In this document: piece after piece, positions 44,106 through 52,527 of the stretch
Layout of the letters: each line of letters begins with the position of its first letter
Position numbering within the stretch: position 1 is the first letter of the stretch
Origin: Bacteroidales bacterium
GTDB lineage: Bacteria; Bacteroidota; Bacteroidia; Bacteroidales; F082
Direction: 5' to 3'
Length of the DNA: 64,000 nt
Assembly: GCA_021647205.1 (NCBI GenBank)
Contig: JAKIVD010000021.1
Span: 2,977 to 66,976 of the forward strand
Made by a program: the position numbers and the translations under genes
The notes under the pieces: generated by a model
Told to the model about the DNA's origin: nothing
Database searches by the model: none
What the model saw: only the letters and a program-made list of their open reading frames with translations

Positions 44106-47057
44106 ATGAAAAAGTTAGCTGTTTTAGTGTTTTCACTTCTTCCATTTATTTCATTTTCACAGCAAAATTCAGTCCTCTCATCTGGCGATTGGTATAAGTT
44201 GGCTGTTGAAGAAACCGGTGTTTACAAAATCACCTACAACAACCTTCAAACATACGGGATTGATGTTGACAACATTGACCCACGAAACCTGGCAATTTAT
44301 GGTAAGCCTTCGGGGATGTTGCCCGAATTACTTGAAGAACCGCATTACACAGACCTCCAGCCCATGGCCATCCAGGTCATTGGGGAAGAAGACGGGGTAT
44401 TTGATCCGGATGATTACATCTTGTTTTATGGACAGGGACCGGTTATCTGGAAATATGATGCTGATTTTAATCTGTTTCGGCATGAAGTAAATCTTTATAC
44501 TGAACAGACGAATTATTTTTTAACGGTTTCGGATGAAGCCGGGAAACGAATTCAAATCCAGCAAAACGAAACTTTGCCCCCGAATAAAATTATCGACACA
44601 CTTGAACTTCTGATTTACCACGAAAACGAATGGGTCAATCCCGGAAAAACGGGTAAAATATGGTTGGGCGAATTATTTGAAGAAGACCCGGGACATGATT
44701 TCAATTTTAACCTGGAAGATTATTCGGTGTACCCGGACGGGCATCAGTTTTATACAAGACTGGCGGCGCAATCGTTGGACACCAACTTTTTCAGTATCGC
44801 ACTAAACACGACTGTTTTCGATTCAATTTTCATGCCGAGGGTTAGCAATCAAAATCGTTATCAATTGTATAAGTCATCAAATTTTGAAAGCAATTTTAAT
44901 TTTTCAGGAAACACACTAACTGTTGCATACTCTTATGTTTCTGTTGCTGACACTGCCCGGGCCTGGCTTGATTATTTTGAAATGATCCTGAAAACAAAAC
45001 CCGTTTTTGCGGGAAACCAAATGCCTTTCCGCTCGGTTCAAAACATCGGCGAAGGCAATGTTTCTCTTTATGTATTGAGCAGTGCCCAGGCCGGTGAGAT
45101 AGTAATCTGGAATGTTACCGATCCGGTAAATGTGAGCCATTTGGAATTAAATACCGAAACCGATTCTGTCTGGTTTAAGATAAAAAACGACAGCCTGTTG
45201 GAATTTTATGCTTTCAACGGCAACACTTTTGAGTCGCCTGAGTTTGTCGGACAGGTCGAAAACCAAAACCTGCATGCCTTTGAGTCGCCGGATTTATTGA
45301 TTGTCAGCCATCCCGATTTCCTGTCACAAGCCCATCAACTGGCTTTGTTTCATCAAGAAGAAGATGGGATGAGCGTGGGGACTTTTACCCCCGCTCAGAT
45401 TTATAATGAGTTTTCGAGCGGTGTGCAGGATGTAACAGCCATCCGGAATTTTGTGCGCTACTTATGGGAGCAGTCAGACGAAGAAAAACCAAAATATGTT
45501 TTGTTGTTTGGCGATGCTTCCTACGATTACCTGAACAGGGTGGAAAACAACAGCAATTTTGTCCCGACTTTTGAAACACAGGCATCTTCAAACAGTATAT
45601 TTTCTTATGCAGCAGATGATTTTTTTGGCCTGAAGAATATGACGGGAAATGGGAATGTGAAAAGCCGGCTTGCTGTGGGACGGATACCGGTTTCTACCGT
45701 TGAAGATGCAAACAACATCCTGAATAAAATTCAAACCTACAATTCAAATAACGCATTGGGCCCGTGGCTGAATGACATGATGTTTATTGGGGATGATGGG
45801 GATGGTAACCTGCATTTAAAAGATGTCGAATCCTTATCGAAAGTTGTTGATACAGCCAGCCCTGTAATGAATATCAGCAAGTGTTACCTCGATTTTTTTG
45901 AACTTATGCAAACAGAGGATGGCCCAAGATATCCGGAAGCAAATTCCACCATCACCAACAAAATGAGTGACGGGGTGTTTTATGTGAGTTATGCCGGTCA
46001 TGGCGGGAAGGAACAATTGGCCCATGAACGTATTTTGTCGGTTGATGATTTGAGCAATTGGACAAACAAAGAAAAACTACCGCTATGGGTAATTGGATCA
46101 GGCGATGTTGCCTATTATGATGATCCGGGATACACTTCACTCGGAGAGTCTGTTTTTCTAAAAGATGAAGCCGGGGCGATTGCAGTGCTAGGTTCGGCCA
46201 GGGCAACATATGCGTCTGCTAATCTGGCATATACTCTTGCGGTTATCAAAAAGTTGACAGACCAATCACTACAAAATGAATTGCGTTTCGGCGACTTGAT
46301 GATGGGTTCAACGGGAGGCACAAGCGATTCGAAATGGACACTACTCGGCGACCCTGCTTTGAAAATACATTTTCCCAAGTACAATGTAAACACCACTTCC
46401 TTAAACGGTATTGCTATCGCAGAGTTTTCTGATACCATTCCACCGGGAAGTTACCTTGCCTTTCAGGGTGAGATTTTAAGTAAGGATGAAGGTATTCTTC
46501 AGGCGGGTTTTAACGGAACGGTTTATTTGAAGGTATTTGCGCCTTTCTATATCAGAACCACCCGGGCCAACCAGGAAGGGTCGTTTGTTCAGGATATTGA
46601 AGTTCAGGACAGCATTTTAACAGAAGGTACAGCTACAATTGAAAATGGCGTATTTGAAATTACGGTTAAACTCCCGACCAATTATTTCGAAGGTTTCGGT
46701 AATTTAAAACTATCCTGGTATGCCGAAAACGGCGAAACCGATGCCAATGGTTATTACAACCAACTATGGTTTGGTGGCGAACCGGATGCCATTGCTGAGG
46801 GCGATGAGTTCCTTGACCAGATAAAAGTTTACCCCACTGTTTTTTCAAATCAACTGAATATTGAGTTGCCTGAAAACACAAACAAAAAGGTTGTTTACCG
46901 TATTTACAATACGGTAGGCGTCGAAGTGTTTTCAGCAAACTCAACAGCAGGTCGCGGAACAGAAAGCATCCGTATTCCCGGTTTGGCCAAAGGCATGTAC
47001 ATTTTAAATATTGATGTGGCCGACAATTCACGGAACTTCAAAGTGTTCCGGTACTAA
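44106..47057 (+). CDS. porU: C25-family peptidase, most likely the T9SS sortase PorU.
   Basis: The signal peptide is ...ISFS|QQ. The PorU-like start is SGDWYKLAVEETGVYKITYNNLQ. Also present are LLFGDASYDY, a C25-like core, and a T9SS C-terminal domain ending GMYILNIDVADNSRNFKVFRY. Confidence 0.7.
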   Translation: MKKLAVLVFSLLPFISFSQQNSVLSSGDWYKLAVEETGVYKITYNNLQTYGIDVDNIDPRNLAIYGKPSGMLPELLEEPHYTDLQPMAIQVIGEEDGVFDPDDYILFYGQGPVIWKYDADFNLFRHEVNLYTEQTNYFLTVSDEAGKRIQIQQNETLPPNKIIDTLELLIYHENEWVNPGKTGKIWLGELFEEDPGHDFNFNLEDYSVYPDGHQFYTRLAAQSLDTNFFSIALNTTVFDSIFMPRVSNQNRYQLYKSSNFESNFNFSGNTLTVAYSYVSVADTARAWLDYFEMILKTKPVFAGNQMPFRSVQNIGEGNVSLYVLSSAQAGEIVIWNVTDPVNVSHLELNTETDSVWFKIKNDSLLEFYAFNGNTFESPEFVGQVENQNLHAFESPDLLIVSHPDFLSQAHQLALFHQEEDGMSVGTFTPAQIYNEFSSGVQDVTAIRNFVRYLWEQSDEEKPKYVLLFGDASYDYLNRVENNSNFVPTFETQASSNSIFSYAADDFFGLKNMTGNGNVKSRLAVGRIPVSTVEDANNILNKIQTYNSNNALGPWLNDMMFIGDDGDGNLHLKDVESLSKVVDTASPVMNISKCYLDFFELMQTEDGPRYPEANSTITNKMSDGVFYVSYAGHGGKEQLAHERILSVDDLSNWTNKEKLPLWVIGSGDVAYYDDPGYTSLGESVFLKDEAGAIAVLGSARATYASANLAYTLAVIKKLTDQSLQNELRFGDLMMGSTGGTSDSKWTLLGDPALKIHFPKYNVNTTSLNGIAIAEFSDTIPPGSYLAFQGEILSKDEGILQAGFNGTVYLKVFAPFYIRTTRANQEGSFVQDIEVQDSILTEGTATIENGVFEITVKLPTNYFEGFGNLKLSWYAENGETDANGYYNQLWFGGEPDAIAEGDEFLDQIKVYPTVFSNQLNIELPENTNKKVVYRIYNTVGVEVFSANSTAGRGTESIRIPGLAKGMYILNIDVADNSRNFKVFRY

Positions 47058-47085
47058 ACTAAACCATTTTTAACCTTACATTCTT

Positions 47086-47145
47086 CCCGCAGATTTCGCT
47101 GATAGCCGCAGATTTATTTCTGCGAAAATTTGCGGAATCTGCGGG
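47086..47145. repeat. Palindromic element, family B (CGCAGATTT / AATCTGCGGG type), probably also the porU terminator.
   Basis: The outer 10-bp stem is CCCGCAGATT..AATCTGCGGG. There are nested CGCAGA/TCTGCG repeats, followed by CCCCCGGTTTTTT. Confidence 0.6.
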
Positions 47146-47222
47146 AACCCCCGGTTTTTTAGACAGGCACTAAAAAGTAGCAATGCAATAATCAACTAAG
47201 TATTTTACTTTTGACAGGAATT

Positions 47223-47708
47223 ATGAAGGCAGCAACTGTAAAAGAACTCAAACAGGAATTAAACAAGCGTTCGCAAAAAGAATTGCTGGAACTCTGCCTG
47301 CGCTTGTCCAGGTTTAAAAAGGAAAACAAAGAACTGCTGACCTACCTTTTGTTTGAGGCATCTGACGAGGCTGCTTTTGTTGCAGGGGTAAAAAGAGAAA
47401 TTGAACAAGAGTTTGAAGGAATCAATAAAACGACTTATTATTTCATCAAAAAGAGCGTTCGCAAAATATTACGGAATACAAAAAAGCACATCCGTTATTC
47501 GAAAAAGAAAGAAACAGAAGTGGAGTTGCTGATTTATTTTTGCTCGGAGCTTATCAAAATGAAACCCTCCCTTAAAAACAATACGGTGCTCAACAACCTG
47601 TACAAACGACAAATAGCATCCATCAAAAATGCAATAGCTGCTTTACACGAAGATTTGCAGTACGATTATGAGGTTGAATTAAATACTTTAGAAGAAACTG
47701 AACGGTGA
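47223..47708 (+). CDS. Lys-rich helical hypothetical protein.
   Basis: ORF starting at the ATG (MKAATVKELKQEL). No motif recognised. Confidence 0.45.
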   Translation: MKAATVKELKQELNKRSQKELLELCLRLSRFKKENKELLTYLLFEASDEAAFVAGVKREIEQEFEGINKTTYYFIKKSVRKILRNTKKHIRYSKKKETEVELLIYFCSELIKMKPSLKNNTVLNNLYKRQIASIKNAIAALHEDLQYDYEVELNTLEETER

Positions 47709-47846
47709 TTAAAAATATACCTCCGTCTTCACCCCGGCTGCTTCCACTTTCTTAGCAATTTCCTTCAGTTCGTTTTCAGGGATTTTCTCCAGGCCTTTGG
47801 CCGGTGTGCCCCGGTCGATGGGGTAAAGCATGACGTATTTGGCTGG
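47709..47846 (-). pseudogene. Possible 3' remnant of a displaced gene, or a 40-aa small ORF, abutting the S8 paralog 2 stop codon.
   Basis: In the same frame directly after the TAG of the S8 gene it reads PAKYVMLYPIDRGTPAKGLEKIPENELKEIAKKVEAAGVKTEVYF-stop. This looks protein-like, but there is no upstream coding sequence. Confidence 0.3.
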
Positions 47847-50585
47847 CTACCTGACAATCAGCTTTTTCGTTTCCACTTGAGTCCCTTTTTGCAGGCTCAC
47901 GATGTAAAGTCCTTTTCCGGAATTGTTCAAATCAACCACAGTATTCCCGAAGTGCAGCCCGGAATAAACAATTTGACCTCTCATGTTGACTACTTTCAAT
48001 TCAGCATTTTTCCAGCTTTCGCCTGAAGTGATAATTATTTTTGCTCCCTGACCGAAAATGGAAACGTTTTCTTTGGTAGCTTCATCTCCCAGCCCGACAG
48101 TGCCCCAGTTATCCACCATCATATCATCCAAAAAAATACCGTAACCTGCCAGGCTCTCCACATGCCAGCCAAAGAATACGAGACCATCTTCAGCAGGAAT
48201 ATAAAGTCCATTGCCCTTGCGCCAATCGGGGTCGGCGAAATCCACATCTTCAAAAATCAGGTTGGTGAGGTCTTCCACATTCGGGCTGCTTCCCCAGTAC
48301 AGTTTCAGGGTTTCGTTGTTGTTGCCCAAAAAGCTTTTGTAATAATAACTCACATTGTATTCGTCCCCGGCTTCCACACTGAAAGGGGGCGAAACCAGCC
48401 AGCTGTCGTACTCGGTTTCGATAACGCCGCCGGGGTTCCAGCACATCATTGACCGGTTGTTGGAATGCCCGATAAGCTTGGTGCTTTCCCAACGGGTATC
48501 AGGCGAATCGCTACTTTGCCAGTATTGCGGAATTTCAGGAACTACCACTTCCGACACATCCATCAAATAAGGGTATTGACTGATGGCCTCCATTGTAGTG
48601 AAAGACCAGATTGTACCGCAAGAATCAGCCGGTCCCTGGTTGTTGCGCGGTACTACCTGAAGATAGTAGGTTGTTGCCGCATCCATTACGTAAGAAAAAC
48701 CGCTGGTTGGGAAGTTTTCCCCGTTGTAAACATCAGTGGGTGTTTCAATGCCACCGCCATCGGTACCAAAATACACATCGTAAGAGCTGGCAAATTCGGC
48801 CGCTTCCCACGACAACCATTCGTTGAGCAAAATATCTGTTGTGCCATCCTGAGGGGTGAGTAAACCGGAAGTGCATTCGGGGACAATATCATATTCGTCG
48901 ATGCCGGTAATAATCAGTGAGAAAGCCTGTTCATCGCCCTGCAAGGCACCATCGTGTGTAACTTTTATGGTGTAGGTCCCGCCTGCTGCCTGTGGCACGA
49001 AAACCATTTCCACGTTATCAACGTAGTTTTTGGTATTGTTTGTGGCAGCCGCCGAAGGGTTGTCGTAATCCAGTTTGTACGGATAGTAAACAGTAAATGA
49101 AGCATCTTCGACAGAAAGATCCAGGTCGTTGACCAGCATCGGATCACGGGGGTTTAGCTGTGCCGCTACCGGTGTGCCGGCAGGGTCTGTCCAGCAAATT
49201 GTTACGCGCAGGTCAACACCTTCGGGCACATTGATGTCGCGCATATAAATGTCCCCGCCTTCAAGTACCCGTTCATCGATTACGACCTGGTGGGTATTTT
49301 CTTTAATGCGCAGTGCAGACCGTTTGGCATTCATCAGGCCCCAGCCGAAAACATAATCGGGTCCGGGATGGTTGCCGGCCTCATCGGCAGTGTGGAGCAC
49401 AAGCCCTTTTAAAGTAGCCGCCCTCATAGGTGTGCCGGCATTGGTGTCCTGGTAATACTTCTGCAACAAAGCCATTGAACCTGCCACATTGGGCGACGAC
49501 ATCGAGGTTCCGTTCAAAGAAGCATAAGAAGTATTGCTGCCGTCCATAGTTGAGTAAACATTCACCCCTTTTCCAACGACATCCGGCTTGATACGCCCGT
49601 CGTCGGCTGGCCCCCAGCCACTGAACCCACTCATCACAACGCTTTCAGGTCCGGTGTATTCCGAAACTTCAAGAACAGCGCCCACGGTCATAATATTTTT
49701 ACAAACACCCCGCAAGCCAATGCAGTCGTAACCATCATCACCACCGTCTTTTTCGGGGTTGCCATCCTGCCCGGCATTACTTGGGCCATCGCCGCGGTCG
49801 TTGCCGGCAGATTTGACGATGAGGTAGTTTGGTGCATTGAAGGCTATCTGGTCCCACTGGCGTGAATTTCCATCATAAAAACCAAATTTGTAATCTTCGA
49901 CAGGCGAAACACCCGGACTGCCGTTCCACTGCCAACTACCGTTGCTGTAGTTCCAGCCACGCCGGTAGCCGTACGAGTGGTTAGATATTTCGAGACCGTT
50001 GGCACCAGCCGTTGCCATCTCCGATTCATCATTCGTCCATTGCCAGTACTGCAGTTCGGCGCCGTAAGACATGCCTTTGGCGCCGGCCACTACCCCTGCG
50101 GCAATTAAAGTGCCGGCTACATGTGTGGAGTGGTAATGCGTGGCGTAGCTGCCATCTTTTGGAATGGCCCGCGACACACCCTGGTCCATAAACTCCTGGT
50201 GTGATTTGCGTACATGGCCGGCATCCCACGAGCCCAGCTGGCTGTACCCTTCACCGCTGATGTCCAGCCCGCTACTCCCGCCTTCCCACAATTCGGCAGC
50301 ACGGGTGGTGTGGGCAGCTCCCAGGTTATCAGTGATGTAATACACCGGCCGGCCATCAATTACATTAACCATTTCCATAACGCGGCCATCTTCCAGTTCC
50401 TGCCGGACGGGTACATTATTTGCTTCCGTATAGTCCAGGACTTTTTGCTGATTGAGTTGCCACTCATGCGCAAACGCTTCAGCCAATTGGTTTAGTGCTT
50501 CGACATTGGTTAGCGTCTGGGCATAAGCATGGGAAAAAACAACCGGAAAGGCGAAAAGCAAGATACAAGTAAAATATTTCTTCAT
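47847..50585 (-). CDS. S8 serine peptidase, paralog 2. Same architecture as 22556..25297, with a T9SS C-terminal domain.
   Basis: Collinear with paralog 1 over the whole length (912 vs 913 aa) with identical triad contexts. The signal peptide is ...HAYA|QT. The C-terminal domain ends GLYIVSLQKGTQVETKKLIVR. Confidence 0.85.
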   Translation of the reverse strand: MKKYFTCILLFAFPVVFSHAYAQTLTNVEALNQLAEAFAHEWQLNQQKVLDYTEANNVPVRQELEDGRVMEMVNVIDGRPVYYITDNLGAAHTTRAAELWEGGSSGLDISGEGYSQLGSWDAGHVRKSHQEFMDQGVSRAIPKDGSYATHYHSTHVAGTLIAAGVVAGAKGMSYGAELQYWQWTNDESEMATAGANGLEISNHSYGYRRGWNYSNGSWQWNGSPGVSPVEDYKFGFYDGNSRQWDQIAFNAPNYLIVKSAGNDRGDGPSNAGQDGNPEKDGGDDGYDCIGLRGVCKNIMTVGAVLEVSEYTGPESVVMSGFSGWGPADDGRIKPDVVGKGVNVYSTMDGSNTSYASLNGTSMSSPNVAGSMALLQKYYQDTNAGTPMRAATLKGLVLHTADEAGNHPGPDYVFGWGLMNAKRSALRIKENTHQVVIDERVLEGGDIYMRDINVPEGVDLRVTICWTDPAGTPVAAQLNPRDPMLVNDLDLSVEDASFTVYYPYKLDYDNPSAAATNNTKNYVDNVEMVFVPQAAGGTYTIKVTHDGALQGDEQAFSLIITGIDEYDIVPECTSGLLTPQDGTTDILLNEWLSWEAAEFASSYDVYFGTDGGGIETPTDVYNGENFPTSGFSYVMDAATTYYLQVVPRNNQGPADSCGTIWSFTTMEAISQYPYLMDVSEVVVPEIPQYWQSSDSPDTRWESTKLIGHSNNRSMMCWNPGGVIETEYDSWLVSPPFSVEAGDEYNVSYYYKSFLGNNNETLKLYWGSSPNVEDLTNLIFEDVDFADPDWRKGNGLYIPAEDGLVFFGWHVESLAGYGIFLDDMMVDNWGTVGLGDEATKENVSIFGQGAKIIITSGESWKNAELKVVNMRGQIVYSGLHFGNTVVDLNNSGKGLYIVSLQKGTQVETKKLIVR

Positions 50586-50621
50586 GTGTTTATGTTTTTG
50601 GAATAATCGTTCTCGTGTTTA

Positions 50622-50645
50622 AACCGACGGCTTAAGCCGCCGGTT
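50622..50645. other. Near-perfect 24-nt palindrome in the leader of S8 paralog 2.
   Basis: AACCGACGGCTT|AAGCCGCCGGTT, with one mismatch between the arms, 37 nt upstream of the ATG. Confidence 0.5.
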
Positions 50646-50925
50646 AAATGGATGTTTCATCTTTTTTGAAGGTGCATTTTCAACAGAACAACAAGCTTTT
50701 CCAACGTTCGAAATTTTGGAAACCTTACATTATAATTCGAAAAAGTACCCGGAATCCTCGCCAGCTATTTCCCCCCGCGCCGGTTAGCTCTACAAAAATA
50801 GTTTTAAAATCGGGGTTTCTCCACTTTTAACCTGAATTTAACAAACTTCGCACGATACTTTTCGAACCGGTTTCCTGTTTTGCAGCATTTTCTTTGCGCT
50901 TATCTTTTTCCACCTGCTCATTTTC

Positions 50926-50933
50926 TATCTTTG
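50926..50933 (+). promoter_or_regulatory. Candidate -7 promoter element (TATCTTTG) for pfk.
   Basis: Matches TAnnTTTG about 25 nt upstream of the ATG at 50958. Confidence 0.45.
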
Positions 50934-50957
50934 CAGCCTTGCTGAAAAACTAAAAAA

Positions 50958-52175
50958 ATGAAAGAATCCATTGCTATTTTGTGTGGGGGCGGGCCCGCCC
51001 CGGGAATCAATGCTGTAATTAGTTCGGTTTCACTGGTTTTCCTGAAATCAGGTTATAGGGTATTGGGAATTCACGAAGGCTACAAAGGCCTCTTTGCAGA
51101 AAACCCAACGGTACAGGAAATCGATTTCAAATTTGCCGACGACATCCACAAGCAGGGTGGTTCGGCATTGCAGATGAGTCGCCACAAACCCAAAGACGGG
51201 GAATTTACGACCCGTTTCTTTACTGATAACAATATCCAGCTGCTGGTAACCATCGGTGGTGACGACACGGCTTCGACGGCCAACCGGATTTCAAAATACC
51301 TGAAGGAGCGCAATGTGAGTATTCAAAACATCCACGTTCCAAAAACCATCGACAACGATTTGCCCCTGCCGGAAGGTATCCCTACTTTTGGTTACCAGTC
51401 GGCCAAGCAGGAAGGGGTGCGCATTGCCCAGACCATTTATGAAGATGCGCGTACCAGCGGCAACTGGTTCGTCCTGTCGGCCATGGGCCGCGAAGCCGGA
51501 CACCTGGCTTTCGGTATTGGCGCCGCCAGCCATTTCCCCATGATTGTGATTCCCGAAATGTTCAACAAGGTGGACCTTACTTTCGAGCGGATAATTAAAC
51601 TAATCATTTCAGCCGTTGTCAAACGAAAAATCGAAGGCATCGGCTACGGTGTGGCCATCGTGAGCGAAGGGGTGTTCCATTTTATGGATGACGAAGAAAT
51701 AAGCCATTCGGGCATCAATTTTACTTACGACGACCACGGCCACCCCGAGCTGGGGAATGTGAGCAAAGCCCATATTTTTAATATTTTACTCCAGCAAAAG
51801 CTGAAAGACCTGGGCTTAAAAGTTAAGAGCCGGCCGGTGGAACTGGGTTACGAACTGCGCTGTGTACAACCCACCGCTTACGACCAGATGTATTGCGGGA
51901 TGCTGGGCTACGGTGTGAAAAAACTGTTTGACGAAGGCCGGACAGGTTGCATGGTAACGGCCAACCCGATGGGGGATATTTCGCCACTTTACTTAGAAGA
52001 TGTTGAAGGTGCTGACGGTAAAATCAAGCCACGCCTGGTGGACATCAGCGGCAGCAAGGCAAAGCTCGTTTTTGAACACGGTCTGCAATTCATTGAACCG
52101 GGCGATTACGAGGAAGCCAAAACTTATCTGAGCAATCCGCAGGATTACGATTTCCGGGAAATTTTGGGTTGGTAG
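50958..52175 (+). CDS. Phosphofructokinase, probably the PPi-dependent type.
   Basis: GGGPAPGIN, GGDDT (Asp rather than the Gly of ATP-PFKs), PKTIDND and MGREAGH. Confidence 0.8.
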   Translation: MKESIAILCGGGPAPGINAVISSVSLVFLKSGYRVLGIHEGYKGLFAENPTVQEIDFKFADDIHKQGGSALQMSRHKPKDGEFTTRFFTDNNIQLLVTIGGDDTASTANRISKYLKERNVSIQNIHVPKTIDNDLPLPEGIPTFGYQSAKQEGVRIAQTIYEDARTSGNWFVLSAMGREAGHLAFGIGAASHFPMIVIPEMFNKVDLTFERIIKLIISAVVKRKIEGIGYGVAIVSEGVFHFMDDEEISHSGINFTYDDHGHPELGNVSKAHIFNILLQQKLKDLGLKVKSRPVELGYELRCVQPTAYDQMYCGMLGYGVKKLFDEGRTGCMVTANPMGDISPLYLEDVEGADGKIKPRLVDISGSKAKLVFEHGLQFIEPGDYEEAKTYLSNPQDYDFREILGW

Positions 52176-52335
52176 TGATTTAGTTGACTGTCTTCTGTCA
52201 GCAGGTAATTCCCATCCTGGTTTGCATTAATTACCATGATTACAAGCCGTCCGATGGCACTTGAAAAATTATCAGGGCCTTCCCACAAATAATTGACTTC
52301 CCCGCTACCATCAATTACAAGTGGCGAAAGGTAGG
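52176..52335 (-). pseudogene. Possible relic of an Ig-like adhesin repeat (SprB-type / gliding-associated repeat).
   Basis: A stop-free minus-strand stretch without a start codon reads LVIDGSGEVNYLWEGPDNFSSAIGRLVIMVINANQDGNYLLTEDSQ. It fits the Y.W.GP.gF.S...i.n....G.Y pattern of Bacteroidota Ig-like repeats. Confidence 0.3.
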
Positions 52336-52527
52336 TTCAAGTCGCAAATGCAAAAATTACGATACTAAATTATAAAAGGTATCCCCGGGTTTATCAAGAC
52401 CGGGAGTTTCCCTTGGTTTTCTATTTGTTTTGTACTAAACATCAGTTATATACTCATTAGAGTAATCAGAGAACACAAACTTTTCGCTTATTTCCTGCCA
52501 GAATTAGAATCATCATAAACCTCCGGC

